Assembly: GCF_006345805.1 (NCBI RefSeq) | Contig: NC_043004.1 | Location: 89,404,001 to 89,468,000, forward strand | Direction of reading: 5' to 3' | DNA length: 64,000 nucleotides | Source: Octopus sinensis | Taxonomy: Eukaryota | Shown: positions 1 to 13,104 of the stretch, piece after piece | Layout of the letters: each line of letters starts with the position of its first letter | Numbering within the stretch: the first letter of the stretch is position 1 | Made by a program: the position numbers and the translations under genes | Notes under the pieces: generated by a model | The model's database searches: none | Told to the model about the DNA's origin: nothing | The model's input: the letters and a program-made list of their open reading frames with translations, nothing else

Positions 1-7
1 AGGTAGG

Positions 8-39
<32 letters not shown>

Positions 40-58
40 TAAATAGATAGATAGATAT
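1..58. repeat. (GATA)n/(GACA)n microsatellite; many (TA)n, (CA)n, (CAT)n tracts throughout
   Basis: Direct inspection. Confidence 0.9.
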
Positions 59-1439
59 GACTGTGTGTTAAGTTTGCTTCCCAACTATATGGCTTCAGGT
101 TCAGTACCTTGGGTAAGCATCTTTAAATTTAGCCCCAGGCTGACCAGAGCATCGTTAGTGAATTTGGTAGGCAATAACTGAAAGATTCCCATAATGTGTG
201 TGTGTACCCTCATCTTGACATTACGTGATAGTTGTAAATGATTGACACTGTCATACAAGCAGTGTTGTTAATTTCCAATATTCTGTGAAAAACCTGTCTG
301 GCCATGGGGAAAATATTACCTTGCTTGGAAACAGGTGAGGGTTAGTGACTGGAAGGGCATCCAGCTATAGAAAATCCTATGTAAACAAATTTCATTCGAC
401 GCATGCTAGGATAGAAAGGTGGATGTTAAAACAATAATGATGAATTTGCAAAACGCAGTTGGGGTCACTTACTTGATAAAAATATTTCTCATCTAATTTG
501 ACCCTTCTTCTTCTTGTGTCCTTTTCAAGCCTAGCCAGACTCATCGACCTGGTTTCTGTGGCATATGTGTTCCCCCCAACTGGACGGGATGCCAGTCCAT
601 CACAGCGTTACCCAAGAAACAGGAAAAAAGAGTGAGAGAAAGTTGGGGCAAAAGAGTACAACAGGGGTCGCCTCGTGGATCTTTAGGTGTTTTCACTCAA
701 TAAACACACACAACACCCAGTCTGGGAATCGAAAGCACGATCTTCCAATCGCGTGTCCGCTGCCCTAACCGCTGGGCTATTGCGCCTCCACAATTTGACC
801 CTTATAAAACATAACTAACCTTTTTTTTATCACCATATACATTTAGTTATCAGTATATAGAACAAAACAAATGAACAAATATTTATTCGACCAACTCATC
901 ATTTATTTAATTTTTCCATGATCATAAATATCCACCAGCAGGTGATCAAATGTACTGATTTCAGTGAGGAGAGGGGGGGAACAATTGACATTCATGTCTT
1001 TCACCAAGGACATTAACAAAATAAAATAGGTAAAATAGCCATGGTAATCAAACTTGGGTCACAGCTGTTTGCCAGGAATTAATGCTCACCTATTAAAAGC
1101 AGGCAAGGAATTCATATGACATTCTTTGTATCTGCAATGGCTATTAACATTGTTAATGTGAAAGTAAATTCTAGAAAGTATTGCCTTTCTGTTTCAGCTG
1201 CTCAGTAATTTAATACAAGCTTATTATGTTATTTATAAGAAGAACTCCTCTTGGACAGTTTGTAAGTTTGAAAAAACAAAAAAAAAAAACAGTCCATTTT
1301 ACCAGTTTCAGGAGCAAGAAATACCAATATGCTACTTCTGATTTTTTTACTTTTTTTTTTTTTAATATTCCACTAAAACCAAGATAGGGGTATCGGATCA
1401 TTGCCACAAGTACTTACAACTTTTCTTAAGCTCTTTGCT

Positions 1440-2020
1440 CCCCATGGGGTATAGGCTATCAATGACTTTTCTCCACTGTTCTTATTGCTGGGCTGTCTTT
1501 TCTGCTTTGCTCCAATTGAATCCCTGTTTTTCAGCCCTACCTCTGTATCCCTTTTTGGATTTTGTTGTGACAGCTCTTCCAGATCATGTTGGTATTGAAT
1601 TGTCATTGGTGCTTCAGTAACTTTACTTTTTTCTATATAGGGGTGTTGGCCCAGTGCAAACCCATTAGAGGTAATCCAAATTAGTCTGGTCACCATCCTT
1701 TGATGTGTCCAACACAGGAGGGCAAACCAGGAGTTTGTGTCTCTTCTGGTATATCTCTCAGGACCATTGAGGTGCACATGCACTCACAATGTAAGAAGGA
1801 CTGGACCTTGTAGTGGATTACCACTAGTAATGACCCTAAAATGGATCAAGGTAAATAGAGGCACATAGAAGTATTGTATCCAGTGAAATCCTTTACACAG
1901 TGCTATCTTAAGGCCTGGACACACTGGGTAGTTGACAGGGGTCCTTGGGGACCCAATTTTGCTGACAATAGAGAAATATTATTGGGTTCAGTGCATTGAT
2001 TTGCTTGACAGCCTATAATT
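1440..2020 (-). mobile_element. Decayed RTE-like LINE 3' fragment (related piece at about 9530-9700)
   Basis: Frameshifted remnants such as LLCWTHQRMVTRLIW resemble the RTE ORF C-terminus; 1600-1690 is similar to 9575-9650. Confidence 0.5.
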
Positions 2021-2055
2021 CTGCTAAAATGGTCCTGTCTTTATGTGATAATATA

Positions 2056-2458
2056 GGTGCAGGAGTGGTTGTGTGGTAAGTAGCTTTCTTACGAACCACA
2101 TGGTTCCAGGTTCAGTCCCACTGCATGGCACCTTGGGCAAGTGTCTTCTACTATAGCCTCGGGCCGACCAAAGCCTTGTGAGTGGATTTGATAGATGAAA
2201 ACTGAAAGAAGCACATTGTATATGTATATATATATATGTGTGTGTGTATGTATATGTTTGTGTGTCTATGTTTGTTCTCCCCAAAATCGCTTGACAACCG
2301 ATGTTTGTATGTTTACATCCCTGTAACTTAGCAGTTTGGCAAAAGAGACAGTTAGAATAAGTACTTGGCTTACAAAGAATAAGTCCTGGGGTCGATTTGC
2401 TCAACTCCAGCATGGCCACAGTCAAATGACTGAAACAAATAAAAGAGTAAAAGAGTAA
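2056..2458 (+). mobile_element. tRNA-derived SINE family A (CORE-like head), representative copy
   Basis: Head GGAGTGGCTGTGTGGTAAG...GGTTCAGTCCC (A/B boxes), CCTTGGGCAAGTGTCTT core, internal (TA/TG)n, (GAGTAAAA)n tail; more than 20 copies in window. Confidence 0.85.
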
Positions 2459-2849
2459 TCATAATTAGTGAATCTATCTCCCTCTTTTCTCACTATATTC
2501 CTCATGAAATATACTATCCACATGTTTCAATTAATTTTGGTAATAATTAAGAATTTAAATGAGGTTTTAAGGGTGGTAGATTGGCAGAGTAATTCTTTCA
2601 ATTCTTTACATCTTAAGTACAAAATCCTTGAGATCAAATTTGCCTTTCAATTTTTGTTGATAAAATAATGTACGAGTCATAATTTATTTGACTAACCCCT
2701 CCCATCAAAATTTCTGACCTTCTGCTTAACCTTCTAGCATTTAAAGTGGCCATATCTGGCTCAAATGTTCTATCTGTTTTACATTAAAACTGGCTGGATC
2801 TGGTCTTTCACACATACTATACAATATCATTCTACAAATAAGCAATCAT

Positions 2850-3262
2850 ATACTCTTTTACTCTTTTACTTGTTTCAGTCATTTGACTGTGGCTATGCTG
2901 GTGCACTGCCTTTAGTAGAGCAAATCGACCCCAGGACTTATTCTTTGTAAGCTTAGTACTTATTCTATTGGTCACTTTTGCCGAACCACTATGTTACGGG
3001 GACGTAACCACACCAATATCGGTTGTCAAGCAATGTTGGCGAGACAAACACAGACACACAAACACACACACACACACACATATATACACATACATATATA
3101 TGATGGCCTTCTTTCAGTTTCCGTCTACCAAATCCACTCACAAGGCTTTGGTTGGCCCGAGGCTATGGTAGAAGACACTTGCTCAAGGTGACATGCAGAG
3201 GGACTGAACCTGGAACCATGTGGTTGGTAAGCAAGCTACTTATCACACAGCCACTCCTGCGC
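2850..3262 (-). mobile_element. SINE family A copy (inverted partner of 2056-2458)
   Basis: Reverse complement of the same consensus. Confidence 0.85.
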
Positions 3263-3421
3263 CTGTTAAACATAGCATCAAAAGTTATGAGATAATGCAT
3301 GATTTTCAAAACAGTTTGAATACCTAAACATTACATTTGACAAAATAATCTGAATGCTAAAAGGCTAAGTCAAAAACCATTATTAAACTATTCACAAGGA
3401 TTTGGTCAGCCTGAGACTATA

Positions 3422-3463
<42 letters not shown>

Positions 3464-4602
3464 CTTACCCAAGGTATCACACAGTGGGACTGAACCCAAG
3501 ACTACATGGTTGGGCAGCAAACTCCTTAACCAAACAACCACCCCTGCATATATATAGCTATTGCAAGAATAATCATGGAATTCATGCAAAGCAGTGAAAC
3601 CTGGATGCTGTGGTGGCCAACACAATCCCAACGTTTATATGGAATAGAAATGGGTTGACATGAACATTTAACAAAGAAAATCCAAGTAACTGAGTGAATT
3701 GTATGATTATATATTGAACAAAAAAATTTGAAGAATTTCCAAATTTCCAAATATTAATTCAATAGCTTGTAAATGTTGACAAATTTCAGGTATCTGACCA
3801 AGTTTTAATGCTGTGTGATTTTACTGTTCTCAGTCTTTATTGCACCTGTTACATTATGTTGAGGAAAAAAAATTATTTGCTTCAAAGGTTCTTAAATGAA
3901 ATGATGTTCACTTTTGTAGCATTATTGATACTGTAAATTAGGCTAATTAAAATGCCCATAAGATCAATATATGAAATTGAAACAACAATAAATTAAAAGT
4001 CACCTGTGTACTATACACCACTGAAAGGCAGGATAATGTGGGTGGGGTTCTGAGAGAAAATTTTTGCATAAATATGTTGTATTAAAAACACATATATATC
4101 GGAACAAAGTGAGCATCGTCCCAGCAGTGACTCACAAGAACACCAGATGTATTTAATTTTAAATTGTTTCAATTTCATACACAGAGTTTATTTCTGCCTG
4201 GCAAGCTCTTTGCAATATCAGTGGATGTATCATGAAGTTGTATATCAGAGGAGACAAATTTCATATAGACATGTGGCAACCAGATACATGTCATTGACAA
4301 GGCCTAAGCAGGTTGAAATACATTTTATGTTGATGTTTGCCTCACTGCAATGGATCATGTTCTTAACACATTTCTATGAAAGAGGTTTTCTCTTACACAA
4401 AAGCCATGATACATGTTAAGTATGAGGAAACACAGTTGGCTATTTTAAACTGTTTGTACTTAAACTTACCTCATTTATAAAAAAGAAAAAAATTCTCTTT
4501 TTATTTATGTATAGTTTGAATCATGATGAGATAAACAGAAATAACTAATGTTTAATCATCAGTATACTCTGTTATCATGCAATGCCAAGGCAAGAAGACA
4601 GT

Positions 4603-4637
<35 letters not shown>

Positions 4638-6663
4638 TAGGCTTCTTTAAGTTTGTCAACCAAATTCAGCAGAGGCAAGGTAGAAAATCCTAGTGTGGCT
4701 GAAAATCAAATTTCTTGCCACATGTTCACACCTGCACACACACACACACAAAGACAGACAGATAAATAAATATACATACATACACACACACGATAGGTTT
4801 CTGCAGTCTTTGTGCATCAGATCTCACTAGGGACATCAGTCAATCCAAAGCTATGCAAGAAAACACTTGCTCAAGGTAAGCTACACAATAGGATTAAACT
4901 TAGAACCACATAGTACAGTTGTCAAATGAACATAACCACACAGTAATACCTATTTATTACAGCTTTCATGGCACTAAGCAGAAACAAGATGGTATCAAGA
5001 GATGTCTTATCTTCTTTAGTTCATAGGTTTGAAAAGTGTGGTGTTGGCGGTGTTATGGGCTGTGATGAGCTATGTGGTGTTGGTGGAGAGGATGACAGAT
5101 GAGGTAGGCGGAAGTAAGGTTTGCAGGGGCCAGCGGAAGAGCGAAAGGTGCATGCGTGGGCAGGAAGCACATGTGGTCAGCGAGGAAGTGTGATCAGTTC
5201 CAGCACAGATGGCAGAGCGACAAGACGTGTTAAATTTGTGACAGAGAAAAAGCTGATTCCGCCGAGGTAAGGCCTTTTGTATTTCTTACTCCTGTTGCTT
5301 CTTTTTCTGTTGTTCTTTTCCTCAATCACACTACAAAAAGTAAACTAGAAAAACACTCAGCAGTTCAACCATTCTGCTCATATTTCATCCATGACAGACC
5401 TATTTATAACTACCATACATCAAAATGTTGAGCCTTATGAAGATGACAAATACTGAAATATATAGCACATTGCTGTACTCAATAAGACCCATCCACCACA
5501 ATAAAACTGATATCATAAAGTAAGTGCCACATAAAGAGTACTGGTGATGGTACCATGTAAAAAGCACTGGGGTTGGTGCTATATTGAAAGCATTGGGGCT
5601 GGTTTCACGTGAAAAGCATTGGTGATGGTACCATGTAAGAAGTACTCAATACACTCTGTGGAGTGGTTGGCATTAGGAAGGGCATCCAGCTGTAGAAACC
5701 AAACCAAAACAGACTATGGAACCTTTATTCTCGGGGTCTCTTTTGCTGAACAATGAAGCTACAGGGATATAAACAAACCAACAGTTATCAAATATAGTAG
5801 GGACCCAAGCACACACATGTATATATGGAACAAAATATAAATACCATCAGTTTGAAAACTATATCACAAACCCATGCAACCATGGAAACAGATGTTAGAT
5901 GATGACGATGACGACACATACTTGTGTGTGGTAGTTATAAATACCTGTGTATATAGTGTGAGAAATTTAATACAAAACATTTGGATAAAAATGGCACAGA
6001 TGGGGTGGGGTTAGTACTATATTTTAATGTAAAAAAAAATAAAGGGTTAAAACGAAATTCATTACTGACTTTTAGATACGAAAAGTAGAAGTTGCTTTAT
6101 ATTTGAGATTGAATTGTTCCCTAGTGAATTAGGGGTCCCTTTCTCTTACATGAACCCTAGACTTCATAAAGCTAGAGCTTAACCCATTGGCATTCAGATT
6201 ACTGCATCAAATGCAATGCTTATACATTCACATTATTTTGAATTAATTCTGCATTATCTCTTATCTCTGAGATTACAAGAATGTAATTGTTTATTTTTAG
6301 AATGACATTGTAGGGTAAGTTTGAGAGGCCAGAGCTGGCCAGTTTGAACATAAATCAAGTAGAATATTTGAGCCAGATATTGCTGGTTTAAATGCAAAAT
6401 GTTAATCTGCTCTCCTTGGTGTATAAGATTATACTGAGATTATATTTCCCACTGAATGGGATTCTGATCCATTGCAGGATTAATTTACCAATTATTGGTG
6501 GAACTCATATACAGTTGAGTGAACCAGAGCAATGTGAAACAAGGTGTTTCACTAAAAAACACAATGCATTGCCCAGTGTGGGAATTGAAATCACAATCTC
6601 AGGATTGTAATTGCAACACCCTAACCACCAGGCTATGTGCCTCCACGGTAAATAAAGTAGGTA

Positions 6664-7222
6664 TTGGGTTGTCCGGAAAATTTGTGCCGATTTTTAAAGG
6701 ACAGAAAAGGGTCAATTGCCATTACATTTTTAATCAACCAAATATGAACCATTTTATTGCATAATGCATTTCTATCTTTCCTTTAGCTTGAAAATACCCT
6801 CTTCCCAGAATTGAGGGACTTTCATGGCAAAGAATTCATCAAGGTATCTTTTTACATCATCCAAGGAATTTTAATTTTTACCATTAAGACTATTCTGCAG
6901 AGACCTGAATAAGTGGAAATCCGAAGGAGCAATATCTGGTGAATATGGAGGGTCGAGTAACACATCCCAGCCAAGCTGCAGCAATTTTTGTCTGGTTCCC
7001 AAAGCATCAAGTGCTGAAAATGAACTTCCTTATCTTCCATTTTAAAGGGTTACAGAATTAACACAGGTTACAGGAACATAAACCTTCTTCCACGAAAAGA
7101 TAGCTTAAACTGTGCTCTAAATGGAGGTATAGTCAAATCATATTTTCTGGACTCAACCATGTTCTAAAATAAGTTGAAAGGTAAGCTACTATAAATCGGC
7201 ATGAACTTTCCGGACAACCCAA
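6664..7222 (-). mobile_element. Internally deleted mariner, copy 1
   Basis: TIRs TTGGGTTGTCCGGAAA at both ends, TA flanks; transposase N-terminus (MEDKEVHF) joined to C-terminal remnant. Confidence 0.9.
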
Positions 7223-7461
7223 TACATACTTTTCCATATATACTGTGTCATTTGAATAAGTGTTTGAAAATAATTGTTATGTAATCTCTGTCAGTCTGTC
7301 TTTCTGTATCTCATCTTTAAACAGTTGTCATCATTTAACGGTGTGCAAACAATTCTGCCAGCCAGCTGCCTTAATAATAATAAAAACCATCAAATAATGT
7401 AGGCCTAGGGGCATGATTTCAATAAAACATGGAATGCTTCTTATAAGATCTGGTTACCTTA

Positions 7462-7679
7462 TATTCTTTTCTACTCTAGGCACAAGGCCTGAAATTTGGG
7501 GGGAGGGGGCCAGTCGATTAGATCGATCCCAGTGCGTAACTGGTACTTAATTTATCAACCCTGAAAGGGTAAAAGGTAAAGTTGACCTTGAGGGAATTTG
7601 AACTCAGACCGTAAAGACAGACGAAATACTGCTAAGCATTTCACCCGGTCTGCTAATGTCTCTGCCAGCTTGCCGCCTT
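7462..7679 (-). mobile_element. SINE family B copy with 13-bp TSD
   Basis: TSD ATCTGGTTACCTT at 7449-7461 and 7680-7692; body contains GACTTTGCCTTTCATCCTTTCGGGGTCGATAAATTAAGTACCAG-type core. Confidence 0.85.
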
Positions 7680-10600
7680 ATCTGGTTACCTTGCATTGCT
7701 AGTTGAATATACAAAGCTTCATTATATTGACTCATCAATTTTTAATAACCTGATGCTATTTTTATGAATTTTTCTTTCATATAAATATATCTTATTCCAA
7801 TTTTGAATAGTTATCATGGAACAAAATATAAATACCATTAGTTTGAGAACCATTTCACAAACATTATTTATTTATTTATTTTTTACTTTTCACCTAATAC
7901 TAGCATTAAAGACGAGCAGAATCATCAGACAAACCAATGGTTTGGCCATACCAGGACACATACATCTTTTTGCTTTTACTTGCTTCACTCACTGGACTGT
8001 GGCCATGCTGGGGCACTACTGCAAAGGGTTTAGCTGAACAAATTGACCCCAGTATTTGTTTAGTACGTATTCTATGGGTATTTTTTGCTGAACCACAAAG
8101 TCACAGGGATATAAACAAACCAACATCAGTTGTCAAATGGGAGGAGGGACACAAATATACGTATATCATCATCATCCTTTAATGTCTGCTTTCCATGCTG
8201 GCATGGGTTGGATGATTTGACATGGATCTTTCCAGACTCCAATAGTCTGTTATAGCATGGTTTCTATGGCTGGATGCCCTTCCTAATGCCAACCACTTAA
8301 CAGAGTGGGCTGGGTGTTTCTTACACGCCACCAGCATGGGTGCACTTATGCATCATTGGCACAGATGCTTTTTATGTAGCACCAGCACCTGAAAGAACAA
8401 GCCTGTATATGTGGAAGACAGCAATTTTATGTATATATGTGTGTGTGTATATATATATACGACAGGATTCAATAGTTTCCATTTACCAATTTCACCCATA
8501 AGACATTGGTTAGCCCAGGGCTATAATAGGAGACACTTGCCCAAAGTGCCACACAGTGAGAATGTTCCTAAAACCATTTAGTTATAAAGCAAGCTTTTGA
8601 GCCACACAGCTATGTCTATGCTTATCTATATATATTCTTTTCTACTCTAGGCACAAGGCCTGAAATTTTGGGGGAGGGGCCAGTAGATTTGACTGAGCCC
8701 AAAATGCAACTGGTACTTAATTTATTGACCTCAAAGGATGAAAGGTAAAGTTGACCTCGAGGGAATTTTAACTCAGAATGTAAAGACAAGAAAAACCGCT
8801 AAGCATTTCGCCCACCATGCTAACATTTCTGCCAGCTCACTATGTATATATATATAAGTAAAGTCAATGGTTGACAAGAATTGAAAGAAATGTAATAGTT
8901 GTAGCAGCAGGAATAGTAGAAGTCAGTGTCTTCCAAATACGTTTATCAGTGTTTTCTCTGCGCATCTACACCTGTGTCTGTGGTGTAATGGCCCAGTGGA
9001 CTTGCGGTTTCAATTCCCAGACCAAGCATTGTGAGTGTTTATTGAGCGAAAACACCTAAAGCTCCACAAGCTCCCTGCAGCAGGTGGTGGTGATCCCTGC
9101 TGTACCCTTTCACCACAACTTTTTCAGTTTTGCCTCTGTACCTGCCTCCAGTTATGTCCAATCTTCCGCTCCCCTTATGGGTTCATAGGTAAAGGGCAAA
9201 GACCCCTTTAGTCATGAATGACCATGGGATTGCACCTAGAAAGTTGCCCTCTAAGGCACAAGTCCAGGCAAATTTGTTTATGGAAGACCAGTGGTTGCCC
9301 ATGCATACCAGTCTCCCTGCTCCATGCCACTGATGTTATCCAAGGGAAAGACAAATGCTGAAACAGCTTGGCACCAGTGACATTGCAACTCATTTCTACA
9401 GATGACCAAACTGGAGCAATGTGAAATAAAGTGCCTTGCTCAAGAACACAACACACAACCCAGTCCAGGAATTGAACCCACCACCTCATGATTATGAGCC
9501 TGATGCTCTAACCACTGAACCATGAAGGAAGGCCTTCCTCTCCTAATCTTTTGTCGGTTTCGAATTGTCATTGATGATTCTGAAACTTTGCTTCTTTTCT
9601 TGGTAGGGATGTTGGCCCTATGCAAACCCATTGTTACTTCTAGAAAGAGGTTAACCATTTTTTTAGAGCATTAAAGCCTATGGAGAGCCAAACTTCACAT
9701 ACAGGCTCCATAGTGATTTTATCTTGTATCTTTTACCACTTACTTGTTTCAGTCATTAGACAATGACCATGCTGGGGCAATACCTTGAAGAATTTTTTTA
9801 GTCAAAAAAATTGACCCAAGCACTTATTTTTTTTAAGCCTGGTACTTATTCTATCAGTCTGTTGAGCTTAAAACACAAAGTTACAGGGATGTAAACACAC
9901 TAACACCAGTTGTCAAGCAATGTTGGGGGGTGGGTGGAGGGGAGACAAAACAGGCACAAAGACACACACATATGATCAGCTTCTTTCAGTTTCTATGTAT
10001 AGTTGAAAACTTTAGAAGATACTTGCCCAAGGTGCTGTGCAATGGGACTGAACCTATAATCATGTGTTTGGGAAACATTCATCTACACATGCACCTACAT
10101 TTTGGGGATATTCTTGGGAGGAAAAAGTGAATCTTATATGACATCAAATACAGTACATTACAACATACAGTTTACTTGTGAAGATGCTTGATCAAGCAAG
10201 TTCAGTGTCATAACTACATAAGAATCAAAAAAGCTTAAACCTTTTTGCATTCACATGTGTCTGTCACATGCATCATCATCTAGTGTCTACTTTCCATGCT
10301 GGCATGGGTTGGACGGTTTGACTGAAACTGGTAAGCCAGAGAGCTGCATCAGGTTCCAGTCTGATTTTGCATGGATTCTACAGCTGGATGCTCTTCCTAA
10401 TGCCAACCACCCCAAGGGTGTAATGGGTGCTTCTTACATGCAAGTTACAGGACACCGGCATCAGCCTCAACTGATTTCACTTGACTCGACAGGTTTTCTC
10501 AAGCACAACATATCGCCAAAAGTCTCGGTCCCTTATCACCTCCATGAGGCCCAACATTCGGCAGGTGCTTTTTACATGCATCAGCACAGTTACTTGTTAC

Positions 10601-11653
10601 GTGACACTGACATCAGCCATGACCATGATTTCACTTGGTTTGATGGGTTTTCTCAAGTACAGAATATCTCCAAAGGTCTCAGTCACTTGTCATTTTCTCA
10701 AGCAAAGCAAATTGCCAAAGACCTCAGTCACTTATCACCTCCACGAGGCCCAACGATTGAAGGGTGCTTTTTATGTGCCAGCAGCATCAGCCACGACTAC
10801 AATTTCACTTGGCTTGACAGGTCTTTGCAAGTATGGCATATCACCAAAGGTCTTAGTCACTTCATGAGGCCCAATGTTTGAAGATCATGTTTCACCACTT
10901 TGTTCCATGTCTTCCTGGATCTACATCTTCCGCAGGTTCCCTCCACAGTTTGTGATTGGTACACAATGCTTATTTATTAACATTGTTTTGAATCATCATC
11001 ATTATCGTTTAACGTCCGCTTTCCATGCTAGCATGGGTTGGACGGTTCAACTGGGGTCTGGGGAGCCCGAAGGCTGCACCAGGCCAGTCAGATCTGGCAG
11101 TGTTTCTACAGCTGGATGCCCTTCCTAATCAATTATGCATTATCCTGAAGCTTCAAAATTTCGATAATTGGCTTCCGTGCTGGTGGCACGTAAAAAGCAA
11201 CCACTACACTCACGGAGTGGTTGGTGTTAGGAAGGGCATCCAGCTGTAGAAACACAGCCAGATCAGACTGGAGCCTGGTGCAGACCCCGGTCGAACTGTC
11301 CAACCCATGCTAGCATGGAAAACAAACGTTAAACGATGATGATGATGTGATCGTTTATTTTCAGAATGATATTGTAGGATTGGTGTGAGAAGTCAAGATC
11401 TGGTTGGTTTGGATATTAAACAGGAAGATTAACTGGGCTAGATATGACTGCTTTAAATGCTAGAGGGTAAAAGGAAGCAAAATGAAAATCAAAACACCTT
11501 GGTGTTCTCAAACGAAATCAAAAACAATATAAAACAAAGCTGTTATTTCTTTTAATGTAGGAAATGTAAATTTAATGATTTTAATTTAACAGATGTAAAA
11601 ATAAAAAAAAAAGACATGTGTAGATGTGTTTGTAGGATGGGGGGAGGATAAAG

Positions 11654-11738
11654 TTAAAACACTTTATCTAAATCATTGTCTTCTGTGTGGTATAGTTCAC
11701 TCAGTAACCGGTATACATAGGAGGGTGCATTTCCACCT
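11654..11738 (-). CDS. EIF2B2: eIF2B beta exon 13 (stop TAA at 11654-11656)
   Basis: (I)[27 protein letters not shown] vs [23 protein letters not shown]; summed CDS 1071 nt = 356 aa, no frameshift. Confidence 0.96.
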
Positions 11739-11934
11739 CTGGAAGTAGAAGAACACAATAAAGGATCAGTTTACATTAAAAAAGATTTAAAAAATACAAA
11801 ATGTTCTCAAAAGTAATATCAAACATTGATGATGATTTCTTCAAGGGCAACAAATGAAGTGGACAATACAAAAACAGAGATTAAAGTGTGGGGATTTACA
11901 CAGAATGAGATTATATTTATATAATATATATACA

Positions 11935-12325
11935 GGAGTGGCTGTGCGGTAAGTAGCTTGCTTACCAATCACATGGTTCCAGGTTCAGTCCCACTGCATG
12001 GCACCTTGGGCAGGTGTCTTCTATAGCCTTGGGCCGACCAAAGCCTTGTGCGTAGATTTAGCAGACGGAAACTGGAAGAAGCCCGTCATGTATATATGTA
12101 TGTATGTGTGTATATGTTTGTGTGTCTGTGTTTGTTCCCACAACATCGCTTGACAACCGAAGCTGGTGTGTTTACGTCCCCATAACTTAGCGGTTCGGCA
12201 AAAGTGACCGATAGAATAAGTACTAGGCTTACAAAGAATAAGCTCTGGGGTCGATTTGCTCAACTAAAGGCAGTGCTCCAGCATGGTCGCAGTCAAATGA
12301 GTGAAACAAGTAAAAGAGTAAAAGA
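11935..12325 (+). mobile_element. SINE family A copy
   Basis: Full head-to-tail match. Confidence 0.85.
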
Positions 12326-12421
12326 TATATATATATATATACACAACCGTCCAACCCATGCTAGCATGGAGAACGGACGTTAAACGATGATGATGATGAT
12401 GATGATGATACACACATATAT

Positions 12422-12717
12422 AACAATTTTTATATAATTATGAGTATAATTATAATTAGGGTTCAGCAATAAATTTACTTCACCACATACCAAAAATTTA
12501 GAAATAGCAGTCAAACACCTAGCTATTTCTCTACCATAAGAGAATCTCCCAGATAACATACACTCAATATACTGAGTATATGTTATCTGAGAGATTCTCT
12601 TATGATAGAGAAATAGCTAGGTGTTTGACTGCTATTTCTAAATTTTTGGTATGTGGTGAAGTAAATTTATTGCTGAACCCTAATTATAATTATACTCATA
12701 ATTATATAAAAATTGTT
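12422..12717. repeat. 296-bp palindrome (145-bp arms, 6-nt loop, 3 mismatches)
   Basis: Arms 12422-12566 and 12573-12717 checked base by base. Confidence 0.95.
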
Positions 12718-12967
12718 GTTTAAGTTTAATGGTTCTTTTAACATGCTGAAACTACTCGGTAGAATTATTAATAGTTAATAATTAATAATTATTAATTGAT
12801 TAATTAATTTTACCCTTTATTATTATTGATAATATATAATATATATATTTAATAAATAAAATAATGTAGAAAGTATACACAGTATACAATAAAACAAAGA
12901 GATAAAGTATATATACCATACAGCAGAAAAGGGGGAAAAATAATGATGAAGACGATGATAAACTTAC

Positions 12968-13104
12968 ATGTTAGAAATAAACAAAGTAACAAGTTCTGGG
13001 GGAACATAGTCAAAGACAGGATTGCAGATCTGTACTTTAGATACAATGGCACTCTCAGAGAATTTTACAACATCATTGGGACTCACGAAACGATTGAAAG
13101 CATC
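12968..13104 (-). CDS. EIF2B2: eIF2B beta exon 12
   Basis: [45 protein letters not shown](I), contains the conserved FDYVPPEL motif; 137 nt, phase 0-2. Confidence 0.97.

Noticed and set aside
4147-4419. 90-aa ORF after a plausible acceptor at 4184
   Set aside because: No recognisable homology; other frames carry stops; joining to the 1198-1261 candidate creates TAG at the junction
10255-10881. 208-aa ORF as a real gene
   Set aside because: Lies wholly within a SINE with internal tandem repeats; no known domain; kept only as a low-interest finding
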